Translations under genes and position numbers: made by a program
Part shown: positions 9,228-18,741 of the stretch, piece by piece
Position numbering within the stretch: the stretch's first letter is position 1
Layout: every line of letters begins with the position of its first letter
Virus record (IMG/VR): IMGVR_UViG_3300028048_000040
Span: 1-64,000 of that record
Reading direction: 5' to 3' (one strand)
DNA from: a virus
Lineage: Duplodnaviria; Caudoviricetes
Length of the DNA stretch: 64,000 bases
The notes under the pieces: generated by a model
What the model was told of the DNA's origin: nothing
Database searches by the model: none
What the model saw: the letters and a program-made list of their open reading frames with translations, nothing else

Positions 9228-10775
9228 TTATCTCACAAACTCTACAACTGTCTTTAATTTTTGCTGATTCACACCCTGCATCAAAGCTTTATCCCTTTCA
9301 TCTAGTTCATCTACTTGTCTATCTAGATCTTCTTGGGATAATTTTATCTTAGTTCTTTGAGTAGCATAAGTTTCAAATACTTTTTGTTTAGATCTAAAGA
9401 AAGCATTAATAGCTTTAAATCCTGTATCTACTACCTCTATATACTTAGTATCTTTAGCTCTAGTTCTACCTAAAGATTGTATAGCTAACTTAGGAGATTT
9501 AAATGGCTCATTAAGAACTATAGTCATTTCTAATCCAGCTAAGTCTAGTGCTTCTCCAGCAGATTTAGTAGTAGATAAGATTATCTTATTATCTAACTGA
9601 GCTCTCTTCATCTCTTTAGGAACAGCAGATGTATATATACCTATAGGAATATATGGAAAGTAATAATGTAACCAATTATAAGTTACCCCTATAGCATAGT
9701 TTGTTCCTATATAGATTAAAACCTTACCTTCAGGAGATGTATTGGTTCCTATGATTTCTATAAGTAATCTAAGTATCTTAAAGTAATTAGGTTTAGTTAC
9801 TAGATAATCAGTATACTTATTTCTATTGAAACCATACATATTTTGACAAGCGCCAATATCAAATGGAGTAGGATTAGAGTTGAAATGAATAGATATATAC
9901 TCAGTATGAGGATCATTCTCTTCATCAAATAGACTAAGCTTAGGAACTTTCTCATAGCATCTTTGATATATTCTGTCTTCATCTCGATCTGATCTCATAG
10001 GAGTAGCTGTAAGATAATAGGTCTTCCATACATCTGAGAAGTTGTCTATCATCATAGTATTATCAAAATATAGATGAGATTCATCATATATCTTGATTCC
10101 TATCCTTAGCATCTTAAAGAGATCATGTACCTTTTCCCATCCATTTGTCTTAGCATAAGAAGATATAGTATCATGAGAGACTAGATAAAACTTGATATGC
10201 TTAGGATTATGTAATCCATTCATAAGTTTTACTATAGATGCTTTGCCTGCTATGATATAGATTTGATCTTCAGTTAAATCTGTATACTGTAGTATTCTTT
10301 CTTTCCATTGTTGTATCCAGTCTAAGCTATATGTAATCATCATAGTCTTTACTCTATAATATGCAAATACAGCTATAGCAACAAATGTCTTACCAACTCC
10401 AGTATGAAGATTTAAGAATATCTGAGGTCTTTCTCTATTACCACAGTATTGATCAGCACCTACACAGAATTTTAATGCCTCTACTTGTCTTTCATCCCTA
10501 GGTTTGATCTTCATTTGAACCATAGAGAGTTTATCAAATGGGTCTGGCTCATACTTAATAAACAATTCTCCATTAAAGTTTCTCTCTATAGCAAATTGAT
10601 CCATTCCTGATGGTAGGTAAAGATCTTTATTTCTTTTATCATAATACATACCAAAAGGTTCTCTTCTAAATCTTGCTTTATTCCATATAGAGAACATCTT
10701 CTCTAATATTGGACTATCACCTATATCATAGTTATGAACTATGGTACAAGTGTGCCTTCGTTCTACTTTAATCAT
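9228..10775 (-). CDS. superfamily 2 helicase (UvsW/Rad25-like)
   Basis: Q motif (PRDERQ), Walker A TGVGKT, DESH, LTATP, QSLGR. Confidence 0.9.
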   Translation of the reverse strand: MIKVERRHTCTIVHNYDIGDSPILEKMFSIWNKARFRREPFGMYYDKRNKDLYLPSGMDQFAIERNFNGELFIKYEPDPFDKLSMVQMKIKPRDERQVEALKFCVGADQYCGNRERPQIFLNLHTGVGKTFVAIAVFAYYRVKTMMITYSLDWIQQWKERILQYTDLTEDQIYIIAGKASIVKLMNGLHNPKHIKFYLVSHDTISSYAKTNGWEKVHDLFKMLRIGIKIYDESHLYFDNTMMIDNFSDVWKTYYLTATPMRSDRDEDRIYQRCYEKVPKLSLFDEENDPHTEYISIHFNSNPTPFDIGACQNMYGFNRNKYTDYLVTKPNYFKILRLLIEIIGTNTSPEGKVLIYIGTNYAIGVTYNWLHYYFPYIPIGIYTSAVPKEMKRAQLDNKIILSTTKSAGEALDLAGLEMTIVLNEPFKSPKLAIQSLGRTRAKDTKYIEVVDTGFKAINAFFRSKQKVFETYATQRTKIKLSQEDLDRQVDELDERDKALMQGVNQQKLKTVVEFVR

Positions 10776-10977
10776 TCTTTTTCACCATAGCTTTAAGTTT
10801 GTTAGGAGCTTGATCTACTATTTCATTGAATTCCTTATTAGCTTCTTTAAGATTTTCACTACCAAATATATTGATAGTCTTATCTTTAAGCACATAGAAT
10901 ACATAGATTCCAAAACCAAGAGCTAAGCTGAATACCAAGATAAATAAAGCGAATTGTTTAACAGTTTCTACAGTCAT
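10768..10977 (-). CDS. small membrane protein
   Basis: One hydrophobic helix; GGAGG SD before ATG 10977. Confidence 0.65.
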   Translation of the reverse strand: MTVETVKQFALFILVFSLALGFGIYVFYVLKDKTINIFGSENLKEANKEFNEIVDQAPNKLKAMVKKND

Positions 10978-11044
10978 ACTAAAACCTCCAAATAAATTAT
11001 AGGAGATGGGAATACCCATCTCCTAATTGTCAGACTAAAATTAG

Positions 11045-12136
11045 TTATTCATTAATATTAGGCCAATTAATAATGTCTTCAAAATCATATTTTCTGCAAG
11101 TCTCTCTATTTTCATAATCTGCTTTATCTTCTATTCCTATAAATTTAAATGGAGGATCTTGAAGAGTAATATCTTTATCCATATATACTATACCTCTTAA
11201 TGGATAACCATTAACCTCATTTATTTCTTCAGTTAATCCGTTAGCATTTCGTACTTGCTCATTTTCTAGTTCTCTGATAGTATTAATCATGAAACAGATA
11301 AAGAGCATGTATATTCTTCTATTACCAAGTATAGCATCTTCTGTATCAATAATAGAATAGTTTCTTGGATCACAATTTATACCTACACATAAAGCAAGGG
11401 ATTTCATAAATCTAATGGATAATTCATTAAGACTGATATCTCCTTTATCTCTTAATACCTCATCAAATTTTTTAAATGCAAATAAAAGAGCATCTTCCAT
11501 AGTAGGTGCACCAAGAAGTATAGCAAATCTATTAATATGAGCATCAAATATTTGTTTAGCAAAATTGAATTGTTGTTGAGTTACAGTAGAATAATTTGTA
11601 TTGTCATACATAAATTTGCTAGTTTTATTCAAGATAGGCACTTTGTTAATTTGATCAATAGTGGCAGTTTGCTGAAAATGAGGAACTATATTCCAGATAA
11701 GCTGTAATCTAAATTCTTCTGCAGTTTTATTATGAAGTTTATTTGCTATAGCAAATACTATGCGATCTAATATAAATTCAGGTAAAATATTATCGTATTT
11801 TGAAGGTCTCCAAGCTTGATTACTTTCGGCACGCGTGTCGAAAGTATTAGTTTCGCATCCTGTTGCGAAAGTACTATTTACTTGAGAAATTTTGAATCCT
11901 TGTGTTAAAGTAACACCACAATTGTTCACTGAAATTCCTTCTGGTAATTTTTCTTTTAAAACTTCTAAGTAGTTAGAACCAAAATTATTAAGTCGTAAGT
12001 AAGTTTTTCCATTTTTGATATCAACCAAACCTAACATTTCAATTGCATCTCTGGTATAAACATAGGTATATGGAATATTATTATGATATTCACAGAACCC
12101 TTTGATACCATCAATTTCTCTTACAACTGTACTCAT
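11045..12136 (-). CDS. BRO-N/antirepressor-like DNA-binding protein
   Basis: The N-terminal half (IDGIKG...AIEMLGL...LPEFILDRIVFAIANKLHNKTAEEFR..LIWNIVP) resembles Firmicute phage antirepressor N-domains. Confidence 0.6.
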   Translation of the reverse strand: MSTVVREIDGIKGFCEYHNNIPYTYVYTRDAIEMLGLVDIKNGKTYLRLNNFGSNYLEVLKEKLPEGISVNNCGVTLTQGFKISQVNSTFATGCETNTFDTRAESNQAWRPSKYDNILPEFILDRIVFAIANKLHNKTAEEFRLQLIWNIVPHFQQTATIDQINKVPILNKTSKFMYDNTNYSTVTQQQFNFAKQIFDAHINRFAILLGAPTMEDALLFAFKKFDEVLRDKGDISLNELSIRFMKSLALCVGINCDPRNYSIIDTEDAILGNRRIYMLFICFMINTIRELENEQVRNANGLTEEINEVNGYPLRGIVYMDKDITLQDPPFKFIGIEDKADYENRETCRKYDFEDIINWPNINE

Positions 12137-12213
12137 TTTACATACCTCCAATAATTTAATATAAAATAGAGGAAGGATTTGATCCTTCCTCTAAATTGTC
12201 AAATCACTTTTAA

Positions 12214-14490
12214 TTACTCATCTAATCTATGCTTCTCGTATCCTTTAGGTCTTAAAGCATCCATGAAAGCTTTGCTATCAACAATCTCAGGATGACCAGG
12301 AACAACCCACATTACTGGACTAGTTCCTTCAGGAACAATCTTCTCATGACACTGATCCCATACCTCATGATCTACATTCATATATTTTACAGGTTTATGC
12401 ATATAGAATGGATCGAAACAAGAAGTCTTAGTCTTCTTATAAGTCATTGGTTTATGAAGAGCTCTAGCAATATCTTGATATTTGAAAGATACTACTACAG
12501 ATCTATTGTTAGATAAAGCTTCCTTAAGAGTTAATACTTCATAAGGCTCATTATATCTGCTCCAATCAGGCATCTCGAATCTATCATAAGCACTTCTAAT
12601 CTGATTTGCTATAATGATTTCAAGATGTACAGAACGACAATGAATCTTTCCTCTAATAACAGCATCTACAAGCTTCATGATAAGCTCGTCAATATTATAT
12701 TGCTTAGTGATATCTTTCTTATCAATAAGATCAGTAAAGATATCTAATGCTTTACCAAGGTCATTATTCATCATCTTAAGATAGAACAGCTCCATATCTT
12801 GAAGCTCCATTAAAGGAATTTCTAATACAGATTCGCTAAGATTCTCTTCAGTTTCAGGAGAGTCTTTAAGCTTATCTCTAATTATAGCAGTAAGAGCATT
12901 AGAGAAATACATTCTAGCTTTAGTATCATCTCCAGATTCTTTATCTATAATAGAAGATATAGCATATTCAGTTCCATCAGGAGACTTGATAGTCATATCA
13001 GTGATATACTCATTATAGATCTCAGTTGTATCATCAGTAGTATCAAACTGACCATTGGAATAGAATATATGCTTAAAGAAGTCACCATCATTCTCAAGCT
13101 GTACATCTTCACCCTTAATGATTAAACTCCACCCATCAAGACTTTCTATATTTGGGAAAGTTTCTTCATTAAGAAGAATAGCATTGGTATCTACACGGAA
13201 GAATTTATAGAAATCCAATACCCAATTGATTGCTCTAATAACAGTTTCTAACAGATGTTTAGCAGACAATCTCATCTGAGTATACTGAGAAGTTATAATC
13301 TCTGTAGCAATACGACCAACATTGATATCTCTATTAGTTCTTGCTAACTCACCATAACAATGTCTACAAATACCTTTACCCATAGCAAAAGATTTGCACA
13401 TAGCAGGAGTTCTAAGGTAAATCCACTTACCTATAAGATTAGTACAATCTTTAGTAATCAAGAACTCAAAACCATTTAACTCCATACGAGCATATCTATC
13501 AATGAAATGCTCTAATACTTCCTTATCTTTAATAAAGATATGAGCAAGATTGTTTGTATGACAATCATAATCCATATCTGGATTTAAGAAAGTATCAATG
13601 TTATTCAGACCTAAGATACGAGAGAATCCACCAGAGTCTCCTACATTCTTCTTAGAGATAATCTGTGCATTTCTTGCAGAATAAGCATCAATATAGAAAT
13701 ACAGAAGATTATCAAGACCACCAGTGATATAAGAAGTATTTACAATATCATGCAAGATACTACCATGACCATCAGGTTTGGTACCAATATTAAATGAATT
13801 TTCTTTCCATTGTCGTTTATTGATACCTTCTTTAGCAGCAAATGGATTTCTTAAACAATGTTCATGCCCCATGATTTTCTTAGAATCCATAAGCAATTCT
13901 ATAGCTCTATCTGCTGCTTCTAATCCTCTATCTTTTACTTCTTCAAGAGGAATATTAGAATAGTCTTTATGAATCAAATCATCATATTCAGGACAAGCAT
14001 CCATCATCTCTATAGTATCTTCCAGATTCAATGTATTAGCGATATAGAAAGAAAAATCGTCTACATCAAGGAAGTTATAGAGACAATCTGCTATGATGTT
14101 ATTCATAAGCACATTGTCCATATTCTCTCTACGTTCTGTGATAAAGTGTTTGTCAATAAACTTCTTGATATGACCACTATTAGTATGCTTAGCAAACACT
14201 AAATGCCATGGTTTAATCTCTCTATCTCCATTGGCAATAATAGCATACCAGAGTATAATATTAAAAAAGTAATCAGTGATACTAAGATCAACAGAATCTC
14301 CATTACCGAAATCAACGGTAATGAACATATGTTGTACATAGTCAGTCTCAATTCCATCCTTCATAATACTGAGAATGCCATCATAATGGTTTCTCCAGTT
14401 TTCTATGACTATATCTTTTGTATGAATAGTCATCTTTTGTCGTTGGACAAGTTCAGTGTACACGTAGTAGTTGTTCAGATTCTCCAACAT
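12214..14490 (-). CDS. rpoC: RNA polymerase beta' subunit C-terminal part (probably non-virion RNAP)
   Basis: Bridge helix (SARNAQIISKKNVGDSGGFSRIL), Zn site (CKS...GICRHCYG), trigger loop (GRIATEIITSQYTQMRLSAKH), VHLEIII. Early promoter at 14591-14598. Confidence 0.9.
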   Translation of the reverse strand: MLENLNNYYVYTELVQRQKMTIHTKDIVIENWRNHYDGILSIMKDGIETDYVQHMFITVDFGNGDSVDLSITDYFFNIILWYAIIANGDREIKPWHLVFAKHTNSGHIKKFIDKHFITERRENMDNVLMNNIIADCLYNFLDVDDFSFYIANTLNLEDTIEMMDACPEYDDLIHKDYSNIPLEEVKDRGLEAADRAIELLMDSKKIMGHEHCLRNPFAAKEGINKRQWKENSFNIGTKPDGHGSILHDIVNTSYITGGLDNLLYFYIDAYSARNAQIISKKNVGDSGGFSRILGLNNIDTFLNPDMDYDCHTNNLAHIFIKDKEVLEHFIDRYARMELNGFEFLITKDCTNLIGKWIYLRTPAMCKSFAMGKGICRHCYGELARTNRDINVGRIATEIITSQYTQMRLSAKHLLETVIRAINWVLDFYKFFRVDTNAILLNEETFPNIESLDGWSLIIKGEDVQLENDGDFFKHIFYSNGQFDTTDDTTEIYNEYITDMTIKSPDGTEYAISSIIDKESGDDTKARMYFSNALTAIIRDKLKDSPETEENLSESVLEIPLMELQDMELFYLKMMNNDLGKALDIFTDLIDKKDITKQYNIDELIMKLVDAVIRGKIHCRSVHLEIIIANQIRSAYDRFEMPDWSRYNEPYEVLTLKEALSNNRSVVVSFKYQDIARALHKPMTYKKTKTSCFDPFYMHKPVKYMNVDHEVWDQCHEKIVPEGTSPVMWVVPGHPEIVDSKAFMDALRPKGYEKHRLDE

Positions 14491-14619
14491 GCTGTTTCCT
14501 CTCCTTTAGAAAAAATTCATAAAATACCCTTTTGATATAATGTGTTGAAAGGTATTAAAAGTTATTATCCTTTCCTCCTTTCTCACTTATATAGTATATT
14601 TCTATTTTTTAGTTTACCT

Positions 14620-14888
14620 AAAAAAAGATAGCCTCGGGATTAAGGCTATCTTTGTGTATAGAAGTACAGAAGTAGTAGAGATTGTATTTAGATGGGATTA
14701 AGCTACTGGCGAGCTTTTTGGAATAACCATGTGATAATAATTTAGAAACGAGTATATTTGTGTGTTGGAATACCATGGGAAAAGGATACCAACAGTCAAG
14801 GAGAATACCACAGTAATGCCACTGTAGTTGTTTGTTTATCCGAGCCATATAAACAAACAGAAGAATATTCCCTACTACCTCTATACAT
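14620..14888 (-). ncRNA. candidate ~270 nt structured non-coding RNA
   Basis: Early promoter 14893-14900; 18-bp 5'/3' closing stem with three G-U pairs; internal hairpins; terminator 14624-14653 plus U run. Confidence 0.65.
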
Positions 14889-14933
14889 ATAAATAGTATA
14901 TAACTGAAAAAAATTTTAATAAGACAATATTGC

Positions 14934-15074
14934 ACCAGTAGAGTCAACAGACTCTACTGGTTAGAGGTTTGTAGTAAAAGAAAGCAGAACTAAGATGAGA
15001 ACTGAAAGGTCATATACTTATAGGGGAAAGTACATGATAAGAAGTATAATAGTTAGGGGTCTATCATCTTCTTT
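14934..15074 (-). ncRNA. candidate pyrimidine-rich late small RNA
   Basis: TACA-N6-TA at 15085-15074, no ORF, several CCCC/CCUUUC/CCUCU tracts, and a 12-bp hairpin at 14934-14961. Confidence 0.4.
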
Positions 15075-15128
15075 ATTTAGATGTAAAAATCTCTCTAGGG
15101 ATTTTCCCTAGAGAGATTAAAAAAGAAT

Positions 15129-15605
15129 TTATCTAACAACTTTAGTCATATCAAATGCTCTTGGAGAAAGCTTAATGAGTTTCTGTTGAGCTTTCTTAGC
15201 ATCTCTACGAACCATGTTATTGTACTTCTTATAAATTCTATCAAGTAACTGACGTTCCTTAATACGATTCTTTCTAAGAAGTTCAAAGTCATTATCACCT
15301 TTCTCACGAGCCATCTGCATTGCTGCAAGCATAACACGACGATCAAGGTCAGCCTGTTTGCTCATACGAACAATAGCTTTACGACCAACTACACCTGCTT
15401 CTTCAAGATATTTAAACTCTTCTGAATTCATATATTCATTTCTTTCAGCTTCATTCATAGAAGATACTCTATCTACAATCAAAGCTTCTAAGAAAGCAGC
15501 AGTATCAGTGATACCTTCTCCACCTTCTACACCTTCATAAGTTTCATCCAGACTATCTACTGTCTGAAGATCTGCACCTTCATCAAGATTTCTAAATAAT
15601 GGCAT
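15129..15605 (-). CDS. hypothetical late protein (possible head protein)
   Basis: AGGAGG SD, late promoter 15663-15674, acidic N-terminus with LDE motifs and basic C-terminus. Confidence 0.75.
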   Translation of the reverse strand: MPLFRNLDEGADLQTVDSLDETYEGVEGGEGITDTAAFLEALIVDRVSSMNEAERNEYMNSEEFKYLEEAGVVGRKAIVRMSKQADLDRRVMLAAMQMAREKGDNDFELLRKNRIKERQLLDRIYKKYNNMVRRDAKKAQQKLIKLSPRAFDMTKVVR

Positions 15606-15724
15606 TGTTAATTACCTCCTATATAGGAATTATTTGCTATAGCAAACACAAGTATAGTGTTTTATTGTAATGTTTTAGAAAGAAAGTTGTAGAGTAAAAA
15701 TTTTTTCAGTTATATACTATTTTT

Positions 15725-15822
15725 ATGGGTGAGTAAAGAGAGATAGTATTAAGAGGTAGAGTAGCTATCAATCTACTCATACTAAATTCAAGCGAATTTC
15801 AATCACCTCTACCTCTTTTTTT
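15725..15822 (+). promoter_or_regulatory. early-promoter leader/small RNA with attenuator-like structure
   Basis: TATACTAT at 15713-15720; stem AAGAGGTAGAG (15751-15761) / CTCTACCTCTT (15807-15817) followed by a U run. Confidence 0.45.
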
Positions 15823-15886
15823 AATAAACCATGATTTTCACACTAAGAGTAAGAAGCAGAATTCATCTGAACAAGGAGTATAAATC

Positions 15887-16216
15887 ATGGTCTATTATTA
15901 TGCTGAAAAGATAGATAATATTGTTTTAGTTACAGAATTCATATTATCTGCTAAATCCAGTTCTTCTAAATCTTATGCTTATTATGATAACCGTAGGTTA
16001 TTATTTGAAGAAACTTTAGTATCCTCTATTAAAAATAATAAAGTAGAAAGTGTGGTGAATAATATTCTTAAAAGACTTACTAAGAGGATACTGAATGAAA
16101 CCAATCAAGCTTATTTAAGTGATGAATTGGTGAATAAACTGAGATGCTATATTTTAGAGACGCTAGAAACAGAATTGGAGGAGAATGAACAATGGATGAA
16201 AAAGAAATTAATATAA
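15887..16216 (+). CDS. hypothetical protein
   Basis: ORF with AAGGAG SD. Confidence 0.7.
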   Translation: MVYYYAEKIDNIVLVTEFILSAKSSSSKSYAYYDNRRLLFEETLVSSIKNNKVESVVNNILKRLTKRILNETNQAYLSDELVNKLRCYILETLETELEENEQWMKKKLI

Positions 16217-16542
16217 TCACTGGTTTTAAGGCTTTCCCAAGATTACATTTATATATGCAGACACATAGAAAGATGTGTAATGACTGTCATGTAGACTTTT
16301 TCATCATATTGAAGAATGAGAAGAGATTTCTTCACAGATTCTATTTAGTAGATGCCCTAGGATTAGGAAGATATGATTTTAATAAACTTAAGAAGTTTAT
16401 TCATTGGACTAAGGATAGTATGGTTAAGTATACTGAAAAGATGTTATCAAAGAATTCAGTAGATTTGAATGCTAAAGCATGGGACAACATTAGTATGACC
16501 TATTATGAGGTTATATCTAAAATATGCGAGGAGAATAAGTAA
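16192..16542 (+). CDS. hypothetical protein
   Basis: ORF with GGAGG SD, coupled to the polymerase gene. Confidence 0.7.
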   Translation: MDEKEINIITGFKAFPRLHLYMQTHRKMCNDCHVDFFIILKNEKRFLHRFYLVDALGLGRYDFNKLKKFIHWTKDSMVKYTEKMLSKNSVDLNAKAWDNISMTYYEVISKICEENK

Positions 16543-18660
16543 ATGAGTGAGGAAGTAAAGTGGAAAGTTTATGAGAACACACCAAAAGGGGAATTTGTTG
16601 ATCGGTATAGAAAAGATATGCATGAGATATTACATAGATCTCTTCCATTGCTTCAACCATTTGAATTAGAAGAAGGGATAAACTATTCGATCAATAAGAG
16701 TTTTAGAAATCCTAAAGTAGTTATAGATAATAACTACACTAAACGAAAAGCTGAAATTGACCTATTAGATTTGGCAAATCAACTCCTAGAAGGTAAGTAT
16801 ATAATGACTACCTCAGGAGTTTTATTTCAGAAACATGGTATGGTTAAGAATCCTTTTTATAACTTCATTCAATATCTAGTAGATAAACGAGATGAAGCTA
16901 AGAACAAAATGAAGCAATATGATAAGGGTACTGAAGAATGGAATAAGTATAATCTTCAACAGCTGAACTATAAGGTTTCATGTAATGCACTTTATGGATG
17001 TGCTGGTAATTGGAGTTCTGTATTCTATAATTTATTCTTGGCTACAGCTGTTACTGGTCAAGGTAGAGGATGTATCTCAGCTTCTATAACCATGTTTGAA
17101 GGATTCTTGGCAAACAATGTTAAATTCCATAATCTTAATGAAGTTCATACATTTATGAATAACATTTGTCAAGATCAGAAGAAACCAGAAATGCATAAGT
17201 TCTATGATTATGATTATCTGGATAGAAATGTAACGATAGAAGAAGCATTCTTAAAGATAATTTATAATTGTGACTGGCCATTCTCTGACTTAGCAAAGAA
17301 ACAGATATGGAATTACATGAATAATTTATCTCAAAGAGAATTGAATGTAATCTATTATAAGAATAATCTATATGAGTTCTGTAAGAATAAGAGAGTTATG
17401 GATTTAATCATGACTATTCTTACTAAACTTAATTCTCCATTCCTAGATCCTAATAAACCAAATAAAGAGGTTAAACCAGAATTAGAGTTATTAAAAGATC
17501 TCTTGTTTGAGTATGTTTATTATCGTCATCTATGGATAGATAAACTTGATAGAGTTTATACTATGATGAGAGATGTTGTTCTTATAACAGATACAGATTC
17601 GTGTATTGTATCTCTAGATGAATGGTATAAATTTGTTAAGCAATATACCATTGGAGTTCCAATGACTATCAAGTATACTTATGAGGAAATGATGGAACAT
17701 CAAAACAGAGTTATACTTGAGATGAAGAAGGCTGAGAGAATAAATGAATATGATTTCTATAATGATAAACTTGTAGAAGCTAAGAGACTAAAGTATCCTA
17801 CAGTTATCATTGAAGAAGATAATCTTAGATATTCTATAATCAATATAATGAGTTATGTTGTATCTCAGCTTATATTGGATTACATGGTATTATTTAGTGA
17901 AAACTATAATACCTATGCTCCAAATAGAGAATGTCTCTTAATAATGAAGAACGAATTCCTATTCAAATCTATGCTTATTACATCTGGTAAGAAGAATTAT
18001 ACTTCTCTTCAGTTAATACAAGAAGGAAGATTAGTACCAGAAGCTAAACAATTTGATATCAAAGGTATGCCAATTGATAAGGTAGGTATACCAGAGTCTG
18101 CTGCACAAAGATTGAAGAATATATTGGAATACAATATACTTAGAACAGACTTTGTTGATCAAGTAGATATAATCAAATCTCTAGCAGCTCTAGAGAAAGA
18201 GATTTATATGTCTCTAGCAAATGGTGATAAAACTTATTATAAACCAGCTAGAATAAAATCTATGGGGTATTATGATAATCCATTCATCATTCAAGGTGTA
18301 AAAGCATCAATAGCGTATAATGAAATTAAGTCTAAAGACGAGGAAGCCATAGACTTAAATGAAAGAAATACTGTTTTGATAATCAAAGTAGTACTAGATA
18401 AGAAGAATGCTGATAAGATTGCAAAAGATTTCCCAGAGCATTATGTGAGATTATCTAAACTATTAGAAAGGAAAGAATTTAAGAATGGTCTTACTTCTAT
18501 AGCTATTCCATTTAATGCTCCTATTCCTAAATGGGTTGTTCCTTTCATTGACTATACTACTATAATCCAAGATAATATAAAAGTATTCCCAGTAGAAGAA
18601 CTTGGTATTAGTAGAGAAAACAATGCTAAGGTTACTCATTCTAATATTGTTACTTTCTAA
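16543..18660 (+). CDS. polB: family B DNA polymerase, fingers/palm/thumb part
   Basis: Motif B QLNYKVSCNALYG, VTGQGR, motif C TDTDS, KKNY, IKG. Lacks the exonuclease domain and motif A. Confidence 0.9.
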   Translation: MSEEVKWKVYENTPKGEFVDRYRKDMHEILHRSLPLLQPFELEEGINYSINKSFRNPKVVIDNNYTKRKAEIDLLDLANQLLEGKYIMTTSGVLFQKHGMVKNPFYNFIQYLVDKRDEAKNKMKQYDKGTEEWNKYNLQQLNYKVSCNALYGCAGNWSSVFYNLFLATAVTGQGRGCISASITMFEGFLANNVKFHNLNEVHTFMNNICQDQKKPEMHKFYDYDYLDRNVTIEEAFLKIIYNCDWPFSDLAKKQIWNYMNNLSQRELNVIYYKNNLYEFCKNKRVMDLIMTILTKLNSPFLDPNKPNKEVKPELELLKDLLFEYVYYRHLWIDKLDRVYTMMRDVVLITDTDSCIVSLDEWYKFVKQYTIGVPMTIKYTYEEMMEHQNRVILEMKKAERINEYDFYNDKLVEAKRLKYPTVIIEEDNLRYSIINIMSYVVSQLILDYMVLFSENYNTYAPNRECLLIMKNEFLFKSMLITSGKKNYTSLQLIQEGRLVPEAKQFDIKGMPIDKVGIPESAAQRLKNILEYNILRTDFVDQVDIIKSLAALEKEIYMSLANGDKTYYKPARIKSMGYYDNPFIIQGVKASIAYNEIKSKDEEAIDLNERNTVLIIKVVLDKKNADKIAKDFPEHYVRLSKLLERKEFKNGLTSIAIPFNAPIPKWVVPFIDYTTIIQDNIKVFPVEELGISRENNAKVTHSNIVTF

Positions 18661-18741
18661 CATAAATACCCTAGGAGAGTTAATCTCCTAGGGTAAATTT
18701 ATTTTTAGGAATATACTATTTATATGAAGGAGTTGATAGAG

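Noticed and set aside
14618-14947. 109-aa - strand ORF
   Set aside because: No SD, starts upstream of the promoter, and has atypical composition; the region is better explained as structured RNA.
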